Shown: positions 51,054 to 60,024, counted from the stretch's first letter. The stretch: DNA of 64,000 bases from an uncultured Candidatus Saccharibacteria bacterium (GCA_938046775.1 CALIXB010000026.1:6876-70875), one strand, 5' to 3'. The notes: a model not told the origin generated them from the sequence alone. Made by a program: numbers and translations.

Positions 51054-53852
51054 TTAAGCGCCAACTTTACGGAATGCGTTATCTAATTTTCCGTTTATAT
51101 TCTTTGCGGTATTCGGGTTAAATCTGGCTTTAAGGGCCATATTTTTAATATTCGATACGGCACTTGGGGCATTTTCGTTGGTTTCGTGTTCTTCCGCATG
51201 CATAGATGCATCAACTAGCCATTCGGTAGCCGCTGCGTTTTGTACTAAGTGCTCTGCTTGTATACTGCCATCTGCAGCGTTATCTATGGCCATATTCTTT
51301 AGATCAGTCATATTTCCAACTTTATTTTCGAGAATAGCATCTCCGAATCCGTTACCTATGATATTATTATCTCCCTTTGCAAATGAAGCTTTAATCGCCC
51401 GTTGTTTTATAGAAGTGTCTACACCTTTTAGGTTACTCAGTACCTCCATACGTTGTTCAAAACCACCATTAGCCATAGTATGGTCTATTGCGGCTGCACG
51501 CATACTTTGTGTGACTTCTTTTTTACCATCAAGGGTTTTACCCGTGCGGGCAATAGTAGCTATTTCACTCGATGTCATACCTTGTAACATTGTGGATGCG
51601 TTTTCAACGTCGCTTTCGAACGCCTTAGCTACAGTTGCGCGGGCGCGTGCTCCACCTTTATCCCAACCCATGAATTGACCGAGTGGAGTATTATCCCTCC
51701 ACGTCGCAAATTTATTCGTTCGCCTGCTTGCGCGTTTTCTGTCCATGAAATCCAAATATTTTCTTTTCGTATCGCCAATAACAGAATTGTCAGTACGTCC
51801 TTTTGCTGTGCCTTTTATATTTCCGGCTAATCTACTATGGGCACCGGCGCTCATTTTCCCTATTTTTGCACCAATACTGCCTAGTGAACTTAAGGAGTTT
51901 TGCAATATGAAAGGCGTGGCAATTAGTGGCATAGTGGTGGCTGCTAAAGCAACTAGCTGCATGGTTTCGTCTGGATTATTCGGATCAACTGTTGCACTTG
52001 ATGCCAATACTGCACCAGCTAATTTTCCTGCCCCGTACAATAAAGATATTATAGGAAATACTAATAGTAGACCTCGGAACATTTTCATCCATTTTTTAAA
52101 TAAATCTTCTGTATTAGGCAGTAACCAGGCTGCAAATGCTAATGGGGAGATGGCAATTAATAATATAATTCCCGCCTGTCGAACTATTAGAATAATAAAC
52201 ACTGTCATAATTGCCAAAAATCCAGCAGCAAGAGTAGGTAATCCGACTGCTAAGGCAATGAATAGGGCTGCTCCGGTTAAGCCTAATATGCCAGTAATTA
52301 AATTGCTACCTACTCCTGTAGCCTCAGAATTGGTACCTATCTCTCCCGCTCCAGATTCTAAGGCGTCCTTTAATGTATGCCCTAATATATTAGATAAGTC
52401 TACAAAAATCTGACAAAGATAATAAGATAAATTAACTAGTAAAGCTCCTATTATTAAGCGAGGCAGGATTTTTTTAATTCCATAATTACTAACGCCAACA
52501 TTAGAGATTTGAGAAAATATAATCCATAAGAATATTACGGCGAATATGGCGTTGGCTATATTGCGGAAAAAATCCCAACCTTGTTTTGCTCCGGAAGCCC
52601 CGTTGTCATTAAGTATTGCTGGTTTTATATCTAAAAATCCGGAAATAGCACCGTAGGCTGCGTCATTAATAGTAGCTACGAATGTCATTAAGGGGCAGAT
52701 TAGCCAGCCTAAACCATCAATACCGCAGGAGTTTTTTGGTTCGCCACCTTCCTCTTCTTCTGGGGCTTCAATTTTGGCAGCCTGACCTTGTTTACAGGCA
52801 CTTATACTTTCTTCATCACCAGCATACCTTGTTCCGCAGTATTCAGTATCATTTTTATGGTTTGCTCCGTCTTTGCAGGCTTTGAGTTTGTCCCCTGCTA
52901 GTCCTGCGCAGGCAGTATCTACTGCATTTGCTTTTAGAACATTTAAATATTTTTTAGCTGCAATTGCCAATTCACTTTCAACTGATTTGCATGAAAATTC
53001 AGGCTTGCCTTTATAAGCATTACTATATTGTTCGTCAATCCCAGCATACAAGTATTCACCTTTGCCTTTTGGCTTGTATATCCTATCAACCTTTTTAGTG
53101 TCTGTGTTAACGACAGAAACCTTCCATGTGTTGTCAGACTTACTGGTTGCTTCACCATCCACACAACCCTTAATCCAGTCTGAATATTTTCTATATTTTA
53201 TGTAAGCGTTTTTTTCTGCTACGCTGCGATCGTATCCTGTTAATGCCGTAAGCGCGTTTAAAAAATTCTCTCCGCCGTTCTCAGGCATCTTATTATAGGT
53301 GAAGTCGTTAGTTAATCCTAAGGCCACACATTCTTCATGTTTTGCATTACTATCATTCTTTCCTTTTAAACCGTTCTTTGGGTAGCCCATATAGCACAGT
53401 AACTCATTTGGTGAAATTCCAAATGTATTAAAAGCCTCTTGCTGAAATCCTGTATCGGTACAGTCTATTCTACCCCCATTAAACCCCTTTACTTCTGGAT
53501 ATGTACCTACATAAACATAAGCACTCATCCAATTTGCGAATACTACATTATTATTCAACATCTGGTCATCAACGTCAGTGTGTACACGTAGATTTAGGGA
53601 TTTACCTCCTTTATATCCTGTATTATTGAAGCATTGTGCCATAGAAGAGGCGTACGTGAAGAACTTGTATTGGTCATTCTCTGATAGGTTGCCAAATCTG
53701 CTCGGGTCTTTTGAAGCTAATGCGGGATGGGCTGATAAAATATTTGTTATCGGTAATATAAAGAGCGCAAACGCACATAAAATTATAATAGGCTTCTTGA
53801 GTCGCCCCACCTTTTTAATCACCTGCTTCCCAATAAACATAAACACCTTCAT
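51054..53852 (-). CDS. VirB6/TrbL-like polytopic T4SS membrane protein, paralogue 2 (start may be GTG near 53810)
   Basis: Same core motifs (CGIDGLGWLICP, KKILPRL, SPLAF...LPNTE.LFKKW) with a larger Cys-rich N-terminal domain. Confidence 0.7.
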   Translation of the reverse strand: MKVFMFIGKQVIKKVGRLKKPIIILCAFALFILPITNILSAHPALASKDPSRFGNLSENDQYKFFTYASSMAQCFNNTGYKGGKSLNLRVHTDVDDQMLNNNVVFANWMSAYVYVGTYPEVKGFNGGRIDCTDTGFQQEAFNTFGISPNELLCYMGYPKNGLKGKNDSNAKHEECVALGLTNDFTYNKMPENGGENFLNALTALTGYDRSVAEKNAYIKYRKYSDWIKGCVDGEATSKSDNTWKVSVVNTDTKKVDRIYKPKGKGEYLYAGIDEQYSNAYKGKPEFSCKSVESELAIAAKKYLNVLKANAVDTACAGLAGDKLKACKDGANHKNDTEYCGTRYAGDEESISACKQGQAAKIEAPEEEEGGEPKNSCGIDGLGWLICPLMTFVATINDAAYGAISGFLDIKPAILNDNGASGAKQGWDFFRNIANAIFAVIFLWIIFSQISNVGVSNYGIKKILPRLIIGALLVNLSYYLCQIFVDLSNILGHTLKDALESGAGEIGTNSEATGVGSNLITGILGLTGAALFIALAVGLPTLAAGFLAIMTVFIILIVRQAGIILLIAISPLAFAAWLLPNTEDLFKKWMKMFRGLLLVFPIISLLYGAGKLAGAVLASSATVDPNNPDETMQLVALAATTMPLIATPFILQNSLSSLGSIGAKIGKMSAGAHSRLAGNIKGTAKGRTDNSVIGDTKRKYLDFMDRKRASRRTNKFATWRDNTPLGQFMGWDKGGARARATVAKAFESDVENASTMLQGMTSSEIATIARTGKTLDGKKEVTQSMRAAAIDHTMANGGFEQRMEVLSNLKGVDTSIKQRAIKASFAKGDNNIIGNGFGDAILENKVGNMTDLKNMAIDNAADGSIQAEHLVQNAAATEWLVDASMHAEEHETNENAPSAVSNIKNMALKARFNPNTAKNINGKLDNAFRKVGA

Positions 53853-53877
53853 TTAATCACATATGAAGGTGTTTATG
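53838..53877 (-). terminator. Perfect 15-bp hairpin, probable terminator of the lipoprotein gene
   Basis: CATAAACACCTTCAT-N10-ATGAAGGTGTTTATG. Confidence 0.6.
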
Positions 53878-53896
53878 CAAGGAATAGATTAAAAAT

Positions 53897-55120
53897 CTAC
53901 TTATTGCTATTTTTAATAGCTTCGGCAACCTCGGGAATAGAGCTAGGTGCTACTTCAACACCAGCCTTCTGCAGGAAGGGGATGTTCATGTTGGAGTCGG
54001 ACAATACAGCAAAACCAGCTAATACGTCTGTCGCATACACTCTTTTGTCGTTGTCAGTGAAACCTACAGCATTTAAATCACTACTAACCTGCTCAGTTCC
54101 GGGGACATTTAAGTTATTTGGATCTGTGTCGCCGTTAACAAACGTTCTAACTACAAAAAGTACAGATCGTTGCTCGCCGTCAGTATTTTTAAAGGATATT
54201 TTATATATTTTAGATATCTCTATAGTATTAGCTTCATATATAGAACCGGTTCCAGACGGAGATTTATTTGGTCCAAAATCTACGCCAGCTTCGGTTTCCA
54301 TGCATCTTGCAATAGATTTTCCAACATTACAATGATTCTGGGTCCCTTTTTCATAAGGGTCAGACGTGTAATAGGTATATGGCGTCTCTTCACCTTTATA
54401 GTTTTTACCCGTGCTTTCAAAAATGACCTCTACAGTAATGTCTGTAATATCTTCTATATCGAATATATTAGGAACATGGTCATTCTTATTGTATACAGTT
54501 AGAGAAGATAACAAAGATTTAGCTTGAGCAACTGTAATTGTATTGAATACACCCTTGTCTATGATTTTCATTTCTTCTACAGAGAAAGGATAGCCGTGTT
54601 CAACAGAGTCTTGGCGTATACTTCCAAGGGCCAATATACCTATAATATTATTTTCGATGACAGGGCTTAGATCTTTGGCTAGATTATATCTGTCGGTATA
54701 TACAGTTTCGTATTTATCTGCAGATATTCGATTGTCTTCTGGTATTAAGTTTTCGTTTACAAATTTAGCGAAAGTGGCTCTCCATTCACTATAGCTAACT
54801 TCTTCACCACTTTTTTCTTTTTCTAAAAGACCTCTGATGTCAGATAGATTTACGTCTTTATATTTGTCGATTATTTCTTGAGGTATGTTTTTCTCAGCCT
54901 TAGTTGTGCTGGCTTCAGGAGATGGGGTTGGGCTTAAAGTTGATGTTGGATTCTGCGTTTCCTGCGCTGTAGATGTTGTTGTATCTGGAGTTGGTTCGTT
55001 GTGAGTCTCGCCATTACATCCCGTCACTCCAAATACAAGTGCTGCCGTGCCAATTATTGTTATTATTTTTTCTGGTAGTTTTGAATCTCTTGGGTTAAGT
55101 CGTTCATGTTTTTGAACCAT
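53897..55120 (-). CDS. Putative lipoprotein of unknown function
   Basis: Hydrophobic stretch ending VTGC (lipobox), T/P/S-rich linker. Confidence 0.65.
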   Translation of the reverse strand: MVQKHERLNPRDSKLPEKIITIIGTAALVFGVTGCNGETHNEPTPDTTTSTAQETQNPTSTLSPTPSPEASTTKAEKNIPQEIIDKYKDVNLSDIRGLLEKEKSGEEVSYSEWRATFAKFVNENLIPEDNRISADKYETVYTDRYNLAKDLSPVIENNIIGILALGSIRQDSVEHGYPFSVEEMKIIDKGVFNTITVAQAKSLLSSLTVYNKNDHVPNIFDIEDITDITVEVIFESTGKNYKGEETPYTYYTSDPYEKGTQNHCNVGKSIARCMETEAGVDFGPNKSPSGTGSIYEANTIEISKIYKISFKNTDGEQRSVLFVVRTFVNGDTDPNNLNVPGTEQVSSDLNAVGFTDNDKRVYATDVLAGFAVLSDSNMNIPFLQKAGVEVAPSSIPEVAEAIKNSNK

Positions 55121-55281
55121 AACGCTTGGGATCCTTCCTCTGACGTTGTCAGATATTTTATTATAAAAACTCCTTAGACTTTTTAGTCCAATCGGTTATA
55201 TCATAACATAAACTTTACATAAATGCAATAAGTTAAGTATATTTTCCATAAAAAAACACCCCATCAGGGTGAAAATATCTG

Positions 55282-55359
55282 TGGCGCGCCCGACCGGATT
55301 CGAACCGGCGATCTCCTCCGTGACAGGGAGGCGTGATAGGCCAACTTCACTACGAGCGC
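55282..55359 (-). tRNA. tRNA-Asp(GTC)
   Basis: GCGCTCG...CCTCC CTGTCAC GGAGG...GGTTCGAATCC...GCCA. Confidence 0.95.
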
Positions 55360-55461
55360 ACATTGCAGTTTATATACTAACAGACTACCTACATCTTTTC
55401 AAGGAAAATATTTGCTTTTTTCGCTTGACTATTTTACAATTTCTGTATAAGAGAAATTTTT

Positions 55462-55833
55462 ATGACAAAAAGAAATATTATAATCAGTATATTTATCGCA
55501 ACAGTAATCGCAGGAAGTGTTTTTATACCCAGAATAGCTTTAGCTGCCAGTTGTGGTGGCGCGGAAACGGCTGTTATCTCTTGTGATGGTACAGGTAGTA
55601 CGGCGATTATTGACATCATAAAGCAAGTCATCAAGATCTTAACAGCTGGAATTGGTGTTGCTGCTTTTGGTGCTGTTGTGTACGGTGCATTTTTATATAC
55701 TACGTCTGAAGGAAGTCCAGATAAAGTAAAAAAAGCCAGAGAAGTTTGGACAAATACGGTTATTGGTTTATTGATGTTCGCTTTTATGGTGGCTATTACC
55801 AACTTTATCATTCCGGGGGGAGTCTTTAACTAA
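55462..55833 (+). CDS. TrbC/VirB2-like pilin 1
   Basis: Signal, Cys pair, YGAFLYTTSEGSPDKVKKA...NTVIGL. Confidence 0.8.
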   Translation: MTKRNIIISIFIATVIAGSVFIPRIALAASCGGAETAVISCDGTGSTAIIDIIKQVIKILTAGIGVAAFGAVVYGAFLYTTSEGSPDKVKKAREVWTNTVIGLLMFAFMVAITNFIIPGGVFN

Positions 55834-56252
55834 TGAAAAATATCATACTTACAATATCTTTAATTGTTGTTGGTGCTTTTGGTGCTAATATTGTTATCTC
55901 TGAGACTTCTGCTGCGGCCTGCCCTGACGGTAAGATTATGACTTTAAAACCGTGGTATGACCGCCTGTTGGATGATAATTGTAATATTAAATCTCCCGGT
56001 AATGATACGAACGCACAAGCCAATTTTATTTGGAAGATTGTCCTGAACATAATAGAAGACCTTTTGCAGGTTGTTGGTTATGCTACAACTGGGTATATTA
56101 TGTATGGCGGCTTCCTTATAATGACCAGTAATGGCTCTTCTGATAAGGTAGCTCACGGACGAAAAACAATCATGAATGCAGCGATTGGGTTGGTTGTAGC
56201 CTTATCATCAGTAGCAGTTGTTAGCTTTATATCATCAAATATAGGAATATAG
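55833..56252 (+). CDS. TrbC/VirB2-like pilin 2
   Basis: YGGF..MTSNGSSDKV..GRKTIMNAAIGL. Confidence 0.8.
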   Translation: MKNIILTISLIVVGAFGANIVISETSAAACPDGKIMTLKPWYDRLLDDNCNIKSPGNDTNAQANFIWKIVLNIIEDLLQVVGYATTGYIMYGGFLIMTSNGSSDKVAHGRKTIMNAAIGLVVALSSVAVVSFISSNIGI

Positions 56253-56253
56253 T

Positions 56254-56535
56254 ATGAAATATTTAGAATTTTTTGCTGGATTATTAGGTGGCGCTAGCGA
56301 AGTCGGAGTGCCGGATAATCAAGTTGACATCATGGTCATTATTAACCTGGTGCTAAAGATAGCTGGTATCGTAGCGGTCATTGTTATAGTCATCGCTGGC
56401 ATAAACTATTCACTGTCTTCTGGTGACCCGGCAAAAACTGCTAGCGCAAAAAATACAATTTTATATGCCGTTATTGGCCTGGTGATTATCTCTAGTGCTA
56501 TTGCTATAACAGGTTATATCATAGGAAAGGTTTAG
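56254..56535 (+). CDS. TrbC/VirB2-like pilin 3
   Basis: AGINYSLSSGDPAKTASAKNTILYAVIGL. Confidence 0.8.
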   Translation: MKYLEFFAGLLGGASEVGVPDNQVDIMVIINLVLKIAGIVAVIVIVIAGINYSLSSGDPAKTASAKNTILYAVIGLVIISSAIAITGYIIGKV

Positions 56536-56536
56536 T

Positions 56537-56917
56537 ATGAGAAATATTATAAAAACTTTGACTGTCTGCGTGGTGATGATTGGAGCGTTTGGCGCATTCG
56601 CTCCTGTAGTTTCTGCTGGTAACGGCATTGATATTTGCGCAGGTGATGGTTCTGGATCAGTTTACTGTAATAATAACTCTGATGGTGAAGGTAAAGTTAA
56701 TAGCATCATAGGTAGTATAGTGCAAGTTTTACTGACGGCAGTTGGTGTAATTTCGGTCATTATGATTGTTATTGGTGGTATTATGTTCGCAACTTCTAGT
56801 GGTGATACTCAGAAAACTGCAAAAGCCAGAAATACTATCTTATATGCTGTCATTGGTCTGGTTGTTTCAATATTTGCTGCAGCAATTGTTAATTTTGCGT
56901 TTAATAACTTTAAGTAG
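56537..56917 (+). CDS. TrbC/VirB2-like pilin 4
   Basis: GGIMFATSSGDTQKTAKARNTILYAVIGL. Confidence 0.8.
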   Translation: MRNIIKTLTVCVVMIGAFGAFAPVVSAGNGIDICAGDGSGSVYCNNNSDGEGKVNSIIGSIVQVLLTAVGVISVIMIVIGGIMFATSSGDTQKTAKARNTILYAVIGLVVSIFAAAIVNFAFNNFK

Positions 56918-56925
56918 GAGAAAAC

Positions 56926-57318
56926 ATGAAAAAAACAGTATTATCGATAGCATTAATGATTTGTATGGTCTTTGGAGCGTCAGCCCTGCTGACTACTTCC
57001 CTTTCTGGCAATGTCTCTGCTAAGTCATCTGATAGTATATCTAATGGTATAGAAATAGCTACCACTCCAGAAATGAAGGGCAAGCAAATTGAAGGTAAGG
57101 GTGGCTTAATACAAACTATCGTTAATGTTTTATTGTGGGTTGTGGGCGCCCTATCTGTTATCATGATTATTTTTAGTGGTATTCGCTATGTTACTTCAGC
57201 TGGTGACGCTGCAAAAACTAAAGCTGCACAGAATTCACTTATTTATGCAGTAGTTGGTCTGATCGTGGCTATTTTCGCTTGGGCTATCGTTAATATGGTC
57301 ATCGATAAATTCGTCTAA
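56926..57318 (+). CDS. TrbC/VirB2-like pilin 5
   Basis: SGIRYVTSAGDAAKTKAAQNSLIYAVVGL; AGGAG RBS. Confidence 0.8.
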   Translation: MKKTVLSIALMICMVFGASALLTTSLSGNVSAKSSDSISNGIEIATTPEMKGKQIEGKGGLIQTIVNVLLWVVGALSVIMIIFSGIRYVTSAGDAAKTKAAQNSLIYAVVGLIVAIFAWAIVNMVIDKFV

Positions 57319-57753
57319 AACCATAATAGTTTTGCAAATAACAGAGAAAAATGTATAATAATAACATCACTAAAGAAGGAGAAATAACATGAATAAATTA
57401 AAAATGATTCTAGCTGGACTGTTGATTGTGCCGACAATTGCTTTGGCGGTAGCTCCAGCTGCAAATGCTACTGATTTTACATTAAAGGGTGGAATTGACA
57501 GTGCACAAGGAGAGGGTGTAGATAAGGTTAATTCTACTCCTGAGAGCCTAGTTAAACAGTTTGTTAATATATTCCTATTTGCAGTCGGTGCCTTAAGCGT
57601 TATTATGCTTATTTGGGGTGGTATTCGTTATACTACTTCATCTGGTGATAGTAATAAGGTTCAGGCTGCTAAGAATACTGTTTTGTATGCTATCGTTGGT
57701 CTAGTCGTCTCTATTTTGGCTTGGGCTATCGTTAATATGGTCATCGATAAATT
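57277..57753 (+). repeat. 35-bp exact direct repeat (57277-57311 and 57719-57753)
   Basis: GCTTGGGCTATCGTTAATATGGTCATCGATAAATT in both pilin 5 and pilin 6. Confidence 0.9.
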
Positions 57754-57769
57754 TACTTCAGGATCATAA
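57389..57769 (+). CDS. TrbC/VirB2-like pilin 6 (probable major pilin, own promoter)
   Basis: GGIRYTTSSGDSNKVQAAKNTVLYAIVGL; upstream TTGCAA...TATAAT and AAGGAG. Confidence 0.8.
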   Translation: MNKLKMILAGLLIVPTIALAVAPAANATDFTLKGGIDSAQGEGVDKVNSTPESLVKQFVNIFLFAVGALSVIMLIWGGIRYTTSSGDSNKVQAAKNTVLYAIVGLVVSILAWAIVNMVIDKFTSGS

Positions 57770-57785
57770 TAAGTTTTGCGGTTGG

Positions 57786-57857
57786 AAAAAAAGAGCCTCA
57801 CTGACGAGGTTCTTTTTTATAATCAAAAAATACCGCCAATCCGTGGCGGTATTTTTT
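57786..57857. terminator. Two back-to-back hairpin terminators between pilin 6 and hsp20
   Basis: AAAAAAAGAGCCTC..GAGGTTCTTTTTT and AAAAAATACCGCCA..TGGCGGTATTTTTT. Confidence 0.8.
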
Positions 57858-57867
57858 GCTAATGTTT

Positions 57868-58359
57868 CTAGAGAACCTGGATCTTCTTCGCCTTTTCTTG
57901 TTTTATCTTTTCAAAGGTAATTGTTAAAACACCATCTTTTAATTCTGCCTTTACGCCCTCTTCGTTTACAGCGGTTGGCAATGCTAATGTACGACTAAAT
58001 TCGCCCCAGTAACACTCCTGAATGTGCCATTGGCGCACATCGGCTTCATCACCACTAGATAACGTGCCGCTGATAGTTAAGATTCCATCAGAAATACTGA
58101 CGTCTAAGTCGTTGCGATCTACTCCAGCAGTACGAGCTTTAATGATTAAGTCGTTCTCTGTTTCAAAAACGTCAACAGCTAATTGACCCATTAGATCATC
58201 AGCTTCATCTTCCCAATTGTCTTCAGCTGGTGCTGCTGGAGCTGGACTGCTGTTACTGTCATCGTTAAGATTAGGTAGTAGCTGATCTGTATCGTCAATA
58301 AACGCTGCAGCCAACTCATCTTCTGTTAGTAATATATTATCATCTTGTTTTCGGGCCAT
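57868..58359 (-). CDS. Hsp20/alpha-crystallin small heat-shock protein
   Basis: VDVFET, LTISG, E..WGEFSRTL.LP, A.LKDGVLTI; GGAGG RBS. Confidence 0.9.
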   Translation of the reverse strand: MARKQDDNILLTEDELAAAFIDDTDQLLPNLNDDSNSSPAPAAPAEDNWEDEADDLMGQLAVDVFETENDLIIKARTAGVDRNDLDVSISDGILTISGTLSSGDEADVRQWHIQECYWGEFSRTLALPTAVNEEGVKAELKDGVLTITFEKIKQEKAKKIQVL

Positions 58360-58463
58360 AATTTCCTCCACTTTTATAATAGGCTCATTGACAAAGTCCT
58401 TATTAGTATAACTATAATATGCGGTATAATCAACAGTGAAAGGTGTAAAACGTAAAAATTACA

Positions 58464-59138
58464 ATGTTTGATACACTATTATCTATTATTGCTCCGCACT
58501 ACTGTTATAGATGTCATAAAATAGGTGGTATTTTATGTAAAGATTGTAAAAAATACATCATAAGTCAGAAGTATGAAATATGTGTATTGTGTGGTCAGTC
58601 CTTAAAAAACGGAAACTTGTGCAAAAAGCATAAAATCCCCTGTGATATGATCTGGTGTTTTACGAAAAGAACTGGCGTGGCGGCTAAGATAATTGATGAT
58701 TATAAGTTTAACCGAGTGCAAGCTGCCGCTAATCTGTTGAGTGATTTTTTGAACGATGCTCTACCCTCTCTCCCGAAAGAGGCGGTTATTGTACCAATAC
58801 CTACAATTTCCCAAAATATCCGTCGCCGTGGATTTGGTCATATTGAAAAGATAGCTAATAAGCTAGCTAGGAATAGAAAAATAGAGTGTAGACCCCTGCT
58901 TCGACGAAGAAATAATGTCACTCAGCACTTTACTAAGTCTTCGTGCCAGAGAAAACGCCAAGCAAAGGATTTCTTTGAGCTAAGTGGTTCGGTAGATAAA
59001 AATCGTCGATATATAATTATTGATGATATTTTTACGACTGGTTCAACTGTGTTGGCGGCAGCTGAATGCTTAAGAAAAAACGGTGCTGAGCATGTAGAGA
59101 TTGCTGTTATTGCCAGACACGGTCGTCCGAAATTATGA
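58464..59138 (+). CDS. comF: ComF family protein (zinc ribbon + PRTase)
   Basis: CxxC pairs, RRRGF, IIDDIFTTGST. Confidence 0.85.
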   Translation: MFDTLLSIIAPHYCYRCHKIGGILCKDCKKYIISQKYEICVLCGQSLKNGNLCKKHKIPCDMIWCFTKRTGVAAKIIDDYKFNRVQAAANLLSDFLNDALPSLPKEAVIVPIPTISQNIRRRGFGHIEKIANKLARNRKIECRPLLRRRNNVTQHFTKSSCQRKRQAKDFFELSGSVDKNRRYIIIDDIFTTGSTVLAAAECLRKNGAEHVEIAVIARHGRPKL

Positions 59139-59585
59139 GTGGTGATACTGGCTGCCGCGATAGATTTCTTGAGCACGATACAGTTGTTCAGCTAAGATTA
59201 GCCGGACTAGCTGATGTGGAAATACTAGATTTGATAGAGACCAGACAACGTTAGATTTTTGGCGTAAATCATCGTTAACCCCATAAGCCCCTCCAATAAT
59301 AAAAACAATATGCTTATTTATATGACTGCTAATTAGATTTGATAATTCCGGTGATGATAAATTTTTACCGCGTTCATCAAGCAGAATGATGAAATCGTCT
59401 GGATTAAGACGTGTAAGTATACGTTCTGACTCTTCCTGACGTGCTCTGTCGCCTTCAAAACTTGAATGTGGTAGAATCACCATCTCCGCGGCAAATGGCG
59501 GCCTGAGACGCTCTAAAAAACGAAAAATGCCTGGCTGAATCCAGGCTTCATGTTTCTTCCCGATTGTTATAACGGTTATTTTCAT
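59133..59585 (-). CDS. rlmH: 23S rRNA pseudouridine-1915 N3-methyltransferase
   Basis: LDERGK, FIIGGAYG, FPHQLVRLILAEQLYRA, YHH. Confidence 0.93.
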   Translation of the reverse strand: MKITVITIGKKHEAWIQPGIFRFLERLRPPFAAEMVILPHSSFEGDRARQEESERILTRLNPDDFIILLDERGKNLSSPELSNLISSHINKHIVFIIGGAYGVNDDLRQKSNVVWSLSNLVFPHQLVRLILAEQLYRAQEIYRGSQYHHS

Positions 59586-59594
59586 AAATATTTA

Positions 59595-59682
59595 TGGCGG
59601 AGAGAGAGGGATTCGAACCCTCGATGAGTTGCCCCATACCGCTTTTCGAGAGCGGCCAGTTCAACCACTCCTGCATCTCTCC
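59595..59682 (-). tRNA. tRNA-Ser(CGA)
   Basis: GGAGAGA...CCGCT CTCGAAA AGCGG, long variable arm, GCCA. Confidence 0.95.
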
Positions 59683-59703
59683 GTATCTAACTAATTAAGG
59701 ATA

Positions 59704-59928
59704 TTATTTCTTCTTGGCGTCCTTAGCGACTATAGTACCAATAATACTCATGACAATGCTTAATAGCAGGCCAACACCGGCTAATTCAGCGGCCTTGATA
59801 ATCCATTTACCAGCTTCGTCCCAGGTTGTTACCTCAATAAATACCGCCGCCGATATAAACGCAATAAATGTTGTAAAAATTGCAATAATTGCTAGACCTG
59901 TGTATTTTACGTATTTAACAAAATTCAT
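59704..59928 (-). CDS. Small two-TM membrane protein
   Basis: Two hydrophobic helices, AAGGAGG RBS. Confidence 0.65.
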   Translation of the reverse strand: MNFVKYVKYTGLAIIAIFTTFIAFISAAVFIEVTTWDEAGKWIIKAAELAGVGLLLSIVMSIIGTIVAKDAKKK

Positions 59929-59947
59929 ATCCCCTCCTTAGGTTAAA

Positions 59948-60024
59948 TGGTACACCCGGCAAGATTCGAACTTACGACCTCTGGCTCCGCAAGCCAGCGC
60001 TCTATCCAGCTGAGCTACGGGTGC
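59948..60024 (-). tRNA. tRNA-Arg(GCG)
   Basis: GCACCCG...CTGGC TTGCGGA GCCAG...GTTCGAATC...ACCA. Confidence 0.93.

Noticed and set aside
38848..55359. Integrative conjugative element inserted at tRNA-Asp
   Set aside because: No integrase, relaxase or duplicated tRNA 3' end seen; the locus overlaps the dnaN stop and looks resident
55462..57769. CRISPR array or diversity-generating retroelement behind the repeats
   Set aside because: Repeats are coding paralogy; no regular spacers, cas genes, reverse transcriptase or adenine-specific mismatches
58360..58463. CIRCE/HrcA operator upstream of hsp20
   Set aside because: No TTAGCACTC-N9-GAGTGCTAA match
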